Shown here piece after piece: positions 9,918-22,740 of a stretch of DNA of 64,000 nt. The stretch spans positions 15,936,001-16,000,000 of the forward strand of contig NW_024704743.1 of NCBI RefSeq assembly GCF_018977255.1. The letters run 5' to 3'. Position 1 is the first letter of the stretch, and the number at the start of each line of letters is the position of its first letter. The notes under the pieces are model-generated. The model was not told the DNA's origin and did no database searches. It worked only from the letters and a program-made list of their open reading frames with translations. Source of the stretch: Callorhinchus milii. Lineage: Eukaryota. The position numbers and the translations under genes were made by a program.

Positions 9918-11869
9918 CTAATTAAAAAAAGAAGGCAACAAGGATTTCTTGGTAAGAGAACAGTAAGAAAAATGATTGATGACGTGTGAATTTGAACATT
10001 ACACTAACAGGGGCACCTGGCAATACAGGGTGATGCATGTGCTTGAATTACTTACACTGCTCACAGGCTGTAGTGAGCGCAGGTTTTATATACATTAAAT
10101 ATATGTAATCAGTCAAAATATCAGCAGGTTGCCCTGGGCGATGTACAGCTGTATTCATGCACAGTATGAGCCACAACATAGTAGGTTATGTGAATTTATT
10201 GAATGGATTTGCAATAACAATATGCAAAAGTTAAACACAGCAACAATACTTAAAAGTATTTTAAGGTAAGGAGATTTTGTCTTGCTGCTAAATCGAGCTA
10301 CTTTAAAAATGTGCAGTTATAACAAGATTGTTGATAATAATCACAGATTGACAAAGTCATTTCAGAAGCACAGTCTCTTTATGGATAGCAGCTGACAATA
10401 TGTCAAAACTTTAACAATAGGTAGTTCACTATTTGATGAAAGGATTTCTAATATAAAACTCCACAGTGTTCACTGGACAGTAGATTTTCAAAGACAGTTG
10501 TAAAATGATTTATTGATTGGACATGAAGGTTACTGCAATTACAGTTAACCATCTTGGAGTTTCTATATTTGCTGTTACATCTCCAGCTGTACTGTCTTAA
10601 AACCTTGTCAAAAGTAGAAAGGCTGAGGAGATTTAAACTTGGATAAATTTGGTACAAGTAATCTAAGCCACAATGCTTTAGTAGTAAAATATTGGACGTT
10701 GCCAAAAAGCAACTCGTTAATATTTATAATAATAATTATGGATTAGTTTCTCCAAAATTAGAAAAATCCAACAATACAGGATTCCTAATCTTTTAGCCAG
10801 CAGCAGAAACCTTTTACGATTTTTTCTTTTTTTTCTTTTAACGTGGCTAAACTTGTCTAGTTCCACACTTCCTTGAGGCTGATATTAGGTTTTAATAGTT
10901 TTGAACTTGACAGCACTTTCTTGGAATTTAATCCGTACGATTTTCTAACTGAGAGAAGCCATTTAAAAGTGTAAAAGAGAATTAATTTCACACAACGTTA
11001 ATAAAGCAAATCTCTGAAAGTGTTACATTTTTTCAATCATCAAATTTTAATATTAAACAGTCCACTTGGGCTACTTGTAAATAAGGACCTGGTTGTAATT
11101 AAATACAGGAAGGATATTAAAAACTTCCTAAAAGCTTGATAACCACAATAGATGAATAAGAGAAATAGCATAATTGAAACCACATCCCAAACCCACATCC
11201 TTATTATTTACAGTAGCATCCAAAGGACATTGTTGCAATGTAAAAGCTCAAGGGTTCTAACTTTTTATAACTTGAAATCATCCAGCTTTATAACATGAAA
11301 GAACACAACATCTGTCTAAGGTTAAAAGTTTACTGCCTGCCTGCCACAGTAAAGCAATTTTCCTAACAGAAATGATATCAGGCAGATTATTAAAGTCAGT
11401 GTGCATGGAAATGTTAAAACTATACACGATATGTGCAGCACAATTAATTCATCACACGTGGACTATAGCTGAATGCATGGTCGAACAGAACAAATGTTTT
11501 GCTTTACTTGGATTCATTTCTCATTTAAAAAATATATACAACACATGTTTATACAGTGCTTTCACATAGAGAGGACGTCTCAAAGCGCTTGACACTGGGC
11601 ACCAGTTTCAGCTAGAGTTTCAGCTGCAAGGGGTGAGGAAGGCAATGATGACCAAAAACACGGTCAAAGAGCTACGGCTTCAGATGGGTCTTGAGTGCCT
11701 GCTCTTCATGACTGAGTCAAAATTCCAAATGTTCACTCACTATTCAACAGTAAGGGATATCGTTATCAAGCCTGATCCTGATCTCACCTATGTCCACAAA
11801 CACATATTTTACAACAAGAGTGAGCTGCCTGGCTGATTTATGTTCTCTGACCTAGGACAGTTGCATTGT

Positions 11870-12172
11870 CGCTTCCCGGATGGGACAAAACCTTAGGCAA
11901 GCTTCCTTACACCACATTCCTGTGTTTACCTAGCAATCCTTATTAGTTGACTGGCGGATCATTTTCTGGGGGTAATAAGCCCTCAAAAAATATTTTGATC
12001 ACTCATTCCACAGAATGTTTGTGTGACACTGCTGTGCACAATTGGCTGCTGCGTTTTGCCCACAAAATATACAGTCAATCCATTTTACAATGTATTCTGG
12101 AAAGCGCTTTGAGACGTCTCAATGACGTGATAAGGCGCTATTCAAATGCAATGATTATTATTGTTATTATTA
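11870..12172 (+). mobile_element. tRNA-SINE, 5'-degenerate copy
   Basis: Same body and tail as the other copies. Confidence 0.85.
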
Positions 12173-12298
12173 CTGTCCCTATCACAAGAAGCAGAAAAAA
12201 GCTATAATCCATTAAATGAACATTCCACATTCTAAAACTACACACAATACTTATGTCAAATTTTCTTTTTTTGTTAAATGCACACATTTTCTACATAC

Positions 12299-12442
12299 CT
12301 GAGATGAAAGCAAGTTGCAGTCAATGTGCAACCCTTTCCCTGTCTTTTCTTTCTGAAGCAGCCCAGCCATGATAGCTCCGTGAGCATACAAGCCTGTCGC
12401 TAGGTCAGTCATAGCTACACCAGGCCTCACTGGATCACCGTC
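12299..12442 (-). CDS. SUGCT: SUGCT exon (probable exon 8), 144 nt: [48 protein letters not shown]
   Basis: caatag|GACGGT...TCTCAG|gtatgt. Contains MTDLATG with the Asp at the family III catalytic position, plus the TGKGxxID motif. Confidence 0.97.
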
Positions 12443-13977
12443 CTATTGGATAAAATGGACATAGTTCAGCAAAAATTTTACAAACTATTCAAATATGAAG
12501 ATATTTAGGAATTCAATTTTTCTTAATACAGTCGGACCGCAATATAAGCATGGTTTGTTATGATGAAGATTGACTGTATTTGTGTTGAAGCAGTGGTTGA
12601 CAGGTTAGCTTGCAAGAGAACTGAATGACACACCTCCTACAATTATATACTGCAGGAGGTCTGACTGACATACAGAGTACAATGGAATCCTCTTATAACA
12701 TGTTTCATTATAATGCAGGTTCATGAAATTGTAATGAAATTAGGCGAGTATTTTTTCTCCTGAAAATCCCAAATCCTGACACTGCACCGTGCTAATCTGG
12801 TGTCACACTTGAAAATACATTGGAGCGCCAGTAGGAATTGAAGCGTGAAGATTTGCTCTGAAGCATGGAGCAGGCTGGCTACCCTTCTGCATACATTCAC
12901 AGTGATGTTATAGGTTCCAATGCGGTCACACTGATCAGGGGCAGTCCTGATTGTGCCCCTTTATAAAGTGGATTAGAATTTTACAGACCCCACGGATAGT
13001 GTCGCGGGTGCTATATAAATACAAGTCATTGAGAGCTGATTGACAGTGGCTGTTACATTGCATTACATTGACCTATACGACGACGAGCTGATGACAGGGT
13101 GCAACGTATTTCCAAGCATCCCTGGGGATCATTTAATGTGCTAAATATCATAAGGTCATTGATTACCAGTGTTAAATAGCATGTTAGTGTCAATTTACAT
13201 GTAAAGTTACACAAAATGTGCCTGAATAATCCTTTATAAAAGGTTTATTTTTTAATGGGGCTCTGTCTGAACTCCTCCGGGAGGGGTTTAGCTCCTGCTC
13301 ACCTACTATCTTCTGTTCCCTTCATGTGGTCATTAATAATCTGCCAACATTCTGATCATTTAGATGAACTGCCCTTAGAACCACATGAAGTCCTTTGAGA
13401 TGTCTCAATGACATGATAGGGAGCTATATCAAATGCAAGGATTATTATTATAACTTTATCCAAATAGAAGGTAAAAGGGGTTGAACACTTTCTGAGAAAG
13501 ATGAGGAAGAGAGGGCAGAAAATAAGAGGGAAAATATGGTTGGGGTGTCAATGATTTATGCACTGACATCCTGTGGCAAAATCAGCCCTCCCATACTTAT
13601 GTATACGAACCTTAGTTGTTAAACAGAACAAATATCTGATGCTTTCAGCTTTTCCATGGGTAACACAAAAACAAATCACAAATAATAAAACAATAAAATC
13701 ATTCCAACAGTTAGGTTCCGCCAATTCCAACATTTGCTGCCAAGCATGGGACCTTGGAGCCAGTTCAGCTTCAAGGAGACCCCTCTCACTTTTTCCTCCC
13801 CCCCACCCCACATGCTAAGGAAGATAATCACTAGTTGGCCATCTTAAATTCCAGCACTCACTAGTTGACTAGTAGGTATGAGGAACTCCCTGTGAGCTTC
13901 CTGGTGAGCAGCATCGCTCAGCTTGAAATGTGTGATAGCATTTGCCATCATTTTCCTGCCCACAGATGGGACACAGA

Positions 13978-14437
13978 TGAGGAGGGAGTTTCCGTAATCG
14001 AGCCTTGATGTGACGAATGCGTGGGTGAGGGTTTCGGCATCCTGAGGGGTGAGGCAGTGGTGAAGTCTGGCAATATTGCGGAGGTGGTGGTAGGCAGTTC
14101 CGGTCATGGCGTGGATGTGGGGGAGAAAGGTTCAGGCTCAAACAAGACACCCAGGTTCCTGACTGGCTTAGTGAGGTTGTGTGTCCAGCCATGGTTTGCC
14201 GAGATGCGGTGGCGCTGGCGCGAGCCAATCAGGAGGGCCTCGGTCCTGCTGACGTTGAGTTGGAGAAAGTTGTCCCTCGTCCAGGACTTGATGTCGGACA
14301 GGCAGTCAGTCAAGACGCCAGTAGTCCTGGAGTTCAGGGTGGAGGCAGAAAGATAGAGTTGGGTGTCATCCGCATACATGTGGAAATTTACCCCATGTCT
14401 GCGGATGATGTCGCCAAGAGGGAGCATGTAGAGGGTG
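13978..14437 (-). mobile_element. L2 internal fragment (RT)
   Basis: [27 protein letters not shown]...; close to the intact L2. Confidence 0.92.
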
Positions 14438-17400
14438 TTATTATTGTTACATAAAGCAGTACAGAGTCCACTTCCTCCCAGCTGACTGGGTCATTAAGGC
14501 ATTTAATCTCTCCAATCATCTCTTCCACCCTTCATGCGAATGGATCTCTGATCCAATTGGAAACATGTATTGACTAGCTAAATGGTCTACATCTGATACT
14601 GCATTTCATTTGGTTTCAATTTACATACTTCATTTTTATTCTTACATTCTATTGCCCTGTTTGCACTGTACCGCTTATTGTGAATTACTTCAAGAAGCAC
14701 AGTATAAGTTGGGGCTGAGCAGTGTGGTATCAGAGCCTGGCTTTCCAGAATCTTGAGGCATTCACTTCAGTGGAACATGGATTTTCACCCATAGTTGTAT
14801 AAATGCGGTGGGTGAGAATCTGATGGGCGATCCAAGAACTTTTAAGGGATTATTTTTAATGTTAGTAAAATGCAATGTCTTACAACTATCTCTGTAATAA
14901 CATCAAACAACTAACACTAGACACTGTAATTCAGTGTTTGCAAAGAACTTTCCTTAGACCTTGGCAGAGTAACTGGAAGTGGGAGGTATCAATCCCACTC
15001 CTACGCCTAATAGCTCTACTGCTGGAAGTGCTCATGCTTCACTTCCAGAAGTAGACATAAGACATTATTTTTAATTGGAGCTTGGCAATCGGGGCTTCCT
15101 TCATACAGGGAGTGGCACAAAGCAGTGGAGCGAACACCAGACTTCTCCACAGCAGAGGATAGGAAATCACAGGGATCATAACCTCAGGCTATGATCGCAC
15201 ATCTGCTCATACAGTGGTGTTGACAGAAGTTTGAGGATGGTGCATACCATTGGAAACCAAGGGAAGGAAAGATATTAACTTAAAAACAATTCTATAAAAT
15301 ATTCTACCTGAGCTTTCCAGTGTAACTGTAACTACCAATCTTACTTCCTCATTGCCTAGATTAATCCTTTACATTTTTTTGGTATCATTTTTATTTTATT
15401 TTTTACTTTTCCCTTTTATTTCTTTCTTGCTCTATCATCCACCAACTTAATTCTTTTGGCTTCTCCTTCTATTGCTTGTTTGTTCTATTGTACATGTTTC
15501 CATTTTCCTCTCCTGGTATTTTCGGTTATAATTACTGAGCTGGTATATTTGAGTGGATGCATAGAATTATTTCCTGTGTATTTGTAGAAAAACCCAGCAG
15601 CCAATTTGTGCACAGCGATGTCCCACAAACAACCATAAACAATGACCAATTTTATTTGGGGGATTGTTGGTCAAGACACCAGGAAAAACTCCCTTTTCTT
15701 TTTAAGTTGTGCCATGGGATCTTTAACGTTCAGCTGAACAGGCAAACGGAATCTCGGTTTAACAATCAGCTAAAGGATGGCACCTCTATTGCAACACACC
15801 CCAGCATTGCAATTGGAGTGTCAGATTAGACTATGAGTTCAAAGTCCCAACCTGGGACTTGTACCCACAACCTTCTGACCCAGAGGTAAGAGTGCCACCA
15901 ACTTGCCAGGCTGCTACACAGACTATTCATTCAGGCAATGTGGCCACAGATGGAAAGAGGACAGATGGAATAGAGTAAAAAGATTGAGAATTTAAATCTA
16001 AAATTTAGTGTTTGCAATAGATTCACAACCCTTTGTAAATAATAACTGCTGGGCGTGCTCCATGCTGACCAATGCTCTTGAACGTAATCAGAAGAGACTG
16101 AACCAGAACTAAGTTTCCAAGGTTTAGTGTGACAAATATCTTTCAAAAGTACTGGACACATGTATTGTAGGTCAAAAACAATACAATTTTTGCATCTGTG
16201 CGTCAACTCAGAAATATTCGCCAACAGGAAGAACGGATTAAATCTGATCTATATAAAAATCCATCCTTAGATTAATTACAGTAAACTTTTCCTGTTTACA
16301 GAAAAGGGAAGGTTTAATTAACAGTAACGTTTTAAGTTTTTTGTAAAAGGGTACTGAGCAACACCAGCTGTCCAATGTCACAAACGATACAAGACTGTGC
16401 TCTATCTGTGCTGGTGAGTTATGTTTACGAAGGCCTTCAGATCACAGAGATAGAGTGGGAAATGAAGCGCTACAAGACCACAAGGTAGCAATCTGTCTGA
16501 CCACAGAGGAAGGTAGCATTGAGTAAAAAGGCCAGTGAGTGTCTGGCTGTTCCTGTTGGGTTTTGCGTGGTGGTCTTTTTTTCAGACTTTGACGATTTGA
16601 TACTCAGGCATCTTAGGTTTTTGTTATCTGAAATTTGTGGTTAAGACATTGAATCCAATTGGGAATACTGCAAATTAACTCCCAATATCTATTTAACTCA
16701 TTAAAAATCAAATTATATCACTTAGATCCATGAATCTTTACATTAGACAAATTTGTCCTAAGAGAAACCTTATTAGCGGTTTTCCAATTCAGTAAAATTC
16801 ATTATTAAAAAAAATTCCAATAAATTTGTGAAGATTAAGCATCATTGGGGTAAAATTCTACCTGTGACTAGATTTACTCTATTTATGTAGCGTTTCAGAG
16901 TACCAAGTTTTTTTGGAAATTGTTGAATTCAATCTTAAATCTGTTCAGTTTTCTGTAGTTCTGAAAATAAACTTACAGAAAAACAGCTTCATGATTAAAT
17001 CTGTAATGAAGTACCAATTATAAGCTTATAAGAATCTGCCCTTTAGGATGAACCAAGCCCAAAACATGTCAATATGAATCTCTAGTGTTCGTGAATGGGA
17101 CTGAAAGGATTGCTCTTGAGGGAGACACAATGAACCAAGTAGCTTCTTCTATGCCGCAATTTTCTATGGTTCTAGAAATGTGCAGCTGAGTGGCAGACCC
17201 TTCAAAAAATATTTTACCTCAACAAGATACAGTCCCAACCTGAACTTCTGGCTTTAATGGCCTTGGTTATTTAATGGTTTTGGTAAGGTATTGCAGAATT
17301 GGGTACATTGAGATGTGAGACTACATCCAGGTTCCAAAGATTCTCTAAGACATGTATCTGAACTCATGCGTAGGTAGACCCAATCCAGACTTAGCAATAC

Positions 17401-17689
17401 ACTTACGACAGACAGGATAGGTCCAAGCCAGATGTCACTTACTCAGAAAATCACTCAATTCAAAAGGAAACTTGAGAAAGAACAAGATGTTGCTCATAAA
17501 TTCACACGTGCCAGTCTGGAGTTAGTCCAAATCAGACTAATGACTACTGCTGCCAAGACTCCTCCAGCCAAATGTACAAGAATCTGCCTGACGTATTTCT
17601 GGCTGATGTTGAACACAAAAAGAGATTTAGTTTGAAATGTTCAGGTTTTAAGACTCTTTATATTCACAATTAAATGTCCAATTAGGAGG

Positions 17690-18365
17690 AAGGCATTTCT
17701 TGATCTTGTTCTTGGAAATGAAATGGGGCAAATGAGTAATGTGATCCTAGGGGAACATTTAGGAAACAGCGACCACAGAATTGTAAGGTTAATGTTAAAA
17801 TTGAAAATGAGGAAGATCGATCAAAGATAAAGGTACCCAATTGAAAAAGGGCAAATTTCAAAGAGATGAGAAGGGAGCTTTCAATGGCTATATTGGATAG
17901 AAAAGCTGGTGGATGAGCAATGGGACCCTTTCAAAGCCAAGATAAACAGGGTATAAAATAATAATAATAATAATCCTTGCATTTGAAATAGCACCTTATC
18001 ACTTTGTTGAGATGACTCAAAGTTCTTCACAGCATATAATAGGCATATAAAATAGGCATATACCTACAATTAATAAAGGGGATACCACTATAACCAGGGT
18101 TCTTTGGATGTGTAGCAAAATGAAAAATAAGAATTAAAAGAGAGGCATACAAAAAATGTAAAGAAAATAAAACAAAAGAAAATCAGGCAACGAATAGAAA
18201 ATATAGAAAGGAAGCAAAAAAGGAGATTCGGCAGGCCAAGAGAGGTAAATATGAGGGGAACATTAAGGAAAATACTAAGGATTTTATAAACACATAAAAG
18301 TAGGGCTAATTAGAAATGAAAAGGGAAATCTAGTCACAGGAAATGAAGGTATGGGAGAGATACTT
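17690..18365 (+). mobile_element. Old CR1 ORF2 fragment (endonuclease end / linker)
   Basis: ILDLVLGNE and EHLGNSDHRIV read in frame at ~17696-17783; A-rich CR1-like composition. Confidence 0.7.
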
Positions 18366-18983
18366 TGCATACAAAATATACAGTAAATTGATTTTACAGT
18401 ATATTCGGTGAAGCACTTTGAGACGGTTCAATATGATAAACGAGAGTACCTGGTTTTGATTCTCGACAGTTTCCTTACTCCAAATGCCTCTGTTTACCGA
18501 GCAGTAAATAAGAACTCAGTTATCAGTCGATTAGCGGTTCGCTTTTCCGGGGTAATAATCCATTCAAAAAATATTTGGTCTGTTTGTGGGACACTGCTCT
18601 GCCCAAATGGCTGCCACGATTCACCCACAAAATATGCAGTGATATATATGCAGTGACAAAATATCACAAAGATGTGATAAGGCGCTATATCAAACAATGA
18701 TAATAATAATCCTTGCATGATAGTGCGATATTTTGTTTCTGGAGGCCTGAAATTGGGTGCAAAGCTCGAGCAGGTGCCACATTCAAGTCTTTGCTGCGTT
18801 TACAGTGCTTTGAAGTGATGAAGTATTGAGAAATGGCTCTTCCCTCTCGCAGTAGCATCCAGAAGATCTGATCACATTCTTGCAACATAGACCCATCCTA
18901 GAGAAAACTGAACACAGAAACATGTCTTCACAGAGAGGATTGCTCCAGAAGACTGAGGTGCTTAAGATGGTGACAGATAGATA

Positions 18984-19710
18984 CAGTGGAACCGGTTAAG
19001 ACAGACACATTGGGGGTCGGTCGTTTTGTCCAGCTTAAGAGGCGTCCAAAGCTAATCAAAGTTCCCTTACCTCTTCCCGCAGAGGAGCAGAGCGGTGTCC
19101 CCCCCTTCCATAGCCATCCCCATTGGATGGGGATCAATTAGCAGCACTTCCGAGGTGATTTCGACCGCTCTTTTGGACCGCGCCTTTGGTCACCTTCCTC
19201 CCCCTCCCCCTGGCTTGGTCCCAGGATCCGTTACTGTGAAGCGCTCTGAAACGCCGTCCAGCGTGGAGGGCGCTATATAAATCCAAGTTGTTGTCGTTGT
19301 TGATTGACAGCCTTAAAAAATGTTTGGTCACTCCACCCATTCACAAGCTGTCAATCAATTGCAATTTGACTCCTCCTATTTCCTCCTTTGTTTCTTCCCC
19401 GTTCCTCCGCCCCCACTCTGATTGACAGCCCAACTCCAGCCGCTTGTGAAAGCCTGGAGTGGTTGGAGTCCGCTGTCAGTCAATCACAATTAGATTCCTC
19501 CCACCTGGAGCCATTCATGACACAGAAGGTCCGAGTGAGTACATTCAGCGGTGACCAGAGCGGCATTTTGACCAGATTAGCCAGGATTTTGTTCAAAACA
19601 ACTGGCATATTTAAAAAAGGCAAGAATACAAAAGAATCAGGCTTGGGGGTTTTGCTCGATTTACCTGGCGTCCGGGGTTAACTGGGGTCTGGCTAAAGAG
19701 GATTCCACTG
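18984..19710 (+). mobile_element. Tigger/pogo-like (Tc1/mariner) MITE with TA flanks and a nested L2 3' fragment (~19161-19300)
   Basis: TA|CAGTGGAACCGGTTAAGACAGAC ... GTCTGGCTAAAGAGGATTCCACTG|TA: imperfect TIRs starting CAGTGGAA; a second copy is in the window. Confidence 0.75.
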
Positions 19711-22065
19711 TATTTGAAAAGTAAGGACAATGAGGAAAATAGAAAGAAGGATGAAAAGAGCTGCCATGATCTCAAAAAATGGCAGACCAGGTTTGATAAG
19801 CTGAAAGGCATTTTTGTATTTCTATGTGCCTAACAGGTACTTTGTAACACTGAGCTTTGGCTAAAGGTTGCATTTACTAAGTCTCTTCCAAGATGACAGA
19901 GGTAGATGGCAAAGTTGCATTCTCTACTATCAGATGCTTGGATACAGAGAATGTAGTCATACCAGGCTTCCTCCATCTTTTGTGTTAGCGTGATGGCTGC
20001 TGTTGGTTTCATAGGATTATAACTTGTACGGCTAGAAATGTGGAACGGGGAAGTCAGTCTGCAAGGTTTCACATGGTAAAGCAACATGTTTTTGGTTGCT
20101 GCAGCATATTTCATATCCTAAAATATCTTCTTCCAAACTATTTAGCGTTTATCTTGTGGCTGTACTATCCTCCACATAGCTTTGTTATTTATAGTGTCAT
20201 GAGCTGCTTAAACATTGGCCTCAGTTATGAAGACCTTGGGAAAACCTGTGCTTTAATGATTAAATAATTTAATGAGCAGTCAGAGTGGACCTCCACAGTA
20301 TTCCATATTTTCAATATGCTCTGGCAGAAATTTACTGTTTCATTAACACTTTCACTACATCTTTTAAGTGCTCAAAGGTGCTGCCTCGCGTGAAGGGTGC
20401 TATATAAATGGAAGTTATCGTATTTTATCATGTGCACAATTTAACTCAAGAGATGCCTTCATTGAGCAGTAATAACCCCAATGCAGTACCCAGAGAGTAA
20501 TCTATGGTAAGAATTTAGAAAGATGACAAATTAATAATTACAGATTCTAACTAGTCCTTACAGGGAAACAGATGGGAGAAGCATCAAGAACCTATCTTCC
20601 ATTGAGAAAAGAGATTCCCCAATGTTTACAAGGCAAGAGTCATGCAAAACCATAAAGTCATGATTATAAATTAGGTACTTTCCACCAAATTCACTGAATC
20701 TTTGGGCATTTCAGAGGCACAAGAATTTCAGTGTGTAGAATTTTCACCTATTACTCTTTCACCTATACCAAACCGACAGGCTTCAGATTCCCTATTAACT
20801 TTTGAAAAGTGAATTCATTTCAATTTTGCATTAGATGTGGACCTTCTTAGATGTGGTTCCACCAGCGGGCAACATTATTATTTCCTCAGTCACCATCCTT
20901 GCCTCTTGCACGAAACTATGTGAAATTGTAGTTAACATTGCATTAAGTATAACAAATAAAGAAATAATATATTCCTCCAATAAATTGGGCCTTTGACGCT
21001 TTAAACCAAAAAAGTGCTTAGTCTGTGCCTTCATAGTCCCCCGCCCAGCCCATCCCCAGTTCCAGTGCTTATCTAACACTCAAAGTGTTTTGGGACAACC
21101 ATCTGATGTGAAAGGTTCAACATAAATGTAAATTGTATTGTATAGAAATTGTATGCTAATGATGAAGCTATATAAAACAGCATCTTCCAACATATTTGTC
21201 TAACAGCAAAGCTCCTAAATTTTCCTAGATCTGTAGCATATTTACAGCATATTTACAGTGATCATTTACAGCGCCTTTCACATGGTGACATCCTTCTGAT
21301 GTGAAATGTAAATCTATAATCTATATAAATGTAAATTTATACTGTATTGTAATAATTTAAATCCATTTATTTAACATTTACCTCTGTATATTTTCGCTGC
21401 AATATAGCTCCATCATTTCCTTGCTTTTAAATAAACTTTTACTACTGTTTAACCTCCACATGTTCCCCCCCAGAATGTCCTACAAATATTTCTTGCATCT
21501 TTTAGTGCACTTCGGTTACTCTTAAAATTCCCTTCATTGGTGGAATGTTCAAAATATTTTGTAGCAAGAGATATCTTCCTTCTGAATCACCACACGTAGA
21601 AACAATAAGCTAAAAATAGGACCACCCTCAGAATTTATATTTTTCATCCCACTGGAAATGGGGAACATGTACAATTTAAATTCTAGCCATCTGAGCAATC
21701 AATTTTAATGTTAAAAATGTTATTATTAGGTCATTTTCAATCTAACCCTATTTTTCATTCAGATGATCCATCTTTTTTTTATTAGCGAGTGCTTGTTTAA
21801 TAGTAAAAGCTATTACACTATTTTATATAAGTACCATTGTCACCACTAATTTTGAAGACTGTTAGGCTCAATATTGAATAGTTTAATCAGCAATGTGATC
21901 AAAGCATGGGCTGCGATATAAGTGAATCATTGCTTTTCAATAGAAAATCATTTTCCACACTTTCCTGGCAAAAAAAAAGGAATGGTAATCACGCAAAGAA
22001 AATAACCCATTTTCACTTAATTTCCCTTTGAACAACTTTTGAGCACCTCCATTTCCGAAAATCAT

Positions 22066-22393
22066 GGAGTCTTGTAGCTCAGTGGTTAGAGCACTCGTCT
22101 CACAAGCAAGAGACCTGGGTTCAATTCCGGGCAAGGCAAAACCTTGGGCAAGTTTCCTTACTCCACATGCCTGATAATTATCCCTCAAGAAACAAAACAA
22201 TAATAATTTGGTCACTCAATGCACGATTATTTGTGGGACACTGCTGTGTGCAATTGGCTGCCGTGTTTCGCCCACAAATATACAGTCAATTCACTTTAAA
22301 GTATATTCTGTGAAGCGCTTTGAGATGTCTCGAAGTCGTGAAAAAATGCTTTATCAAATGCAAGGATTATTATTCTTATTATTCTTATTATTA
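22066..22393 (+). mobile_element. tRNA-SINE, internally deleted subfamily
   Basis: A/B boxes, Deu-like core, (att)n tail. Confidence 0.9.
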
Positions 22394-22740
22394 TCCCCAT
22401 TTAGTTCCCAACATTAAATGCAAACCAATCATTCAAGTCCCGTCACCACAATGCACTCTTTAACCAACCTCATAATCCTATATAAGAGCATAAGAAGGCA
22501 TGGAATGAGAAACGGGCATTCAACCCAACATGAACTCCATGTCATTCATTGAATCTCCTGTGGAAACTTTTATAGATACTCCCTTATCTTCAAAGGCAAT
22601 CAACCAAATACTCCACAATATTCTGTTCACTGCTAGATTAAACATGTGTTTGTGTATCAACTTTCAGCTTGTAGCAGGCATTTTAAGAAAGTGAAGAAGA
22701 GTTGTTTCTGTGGATCTCTGCCCGAAATGTAGCAATGTAC

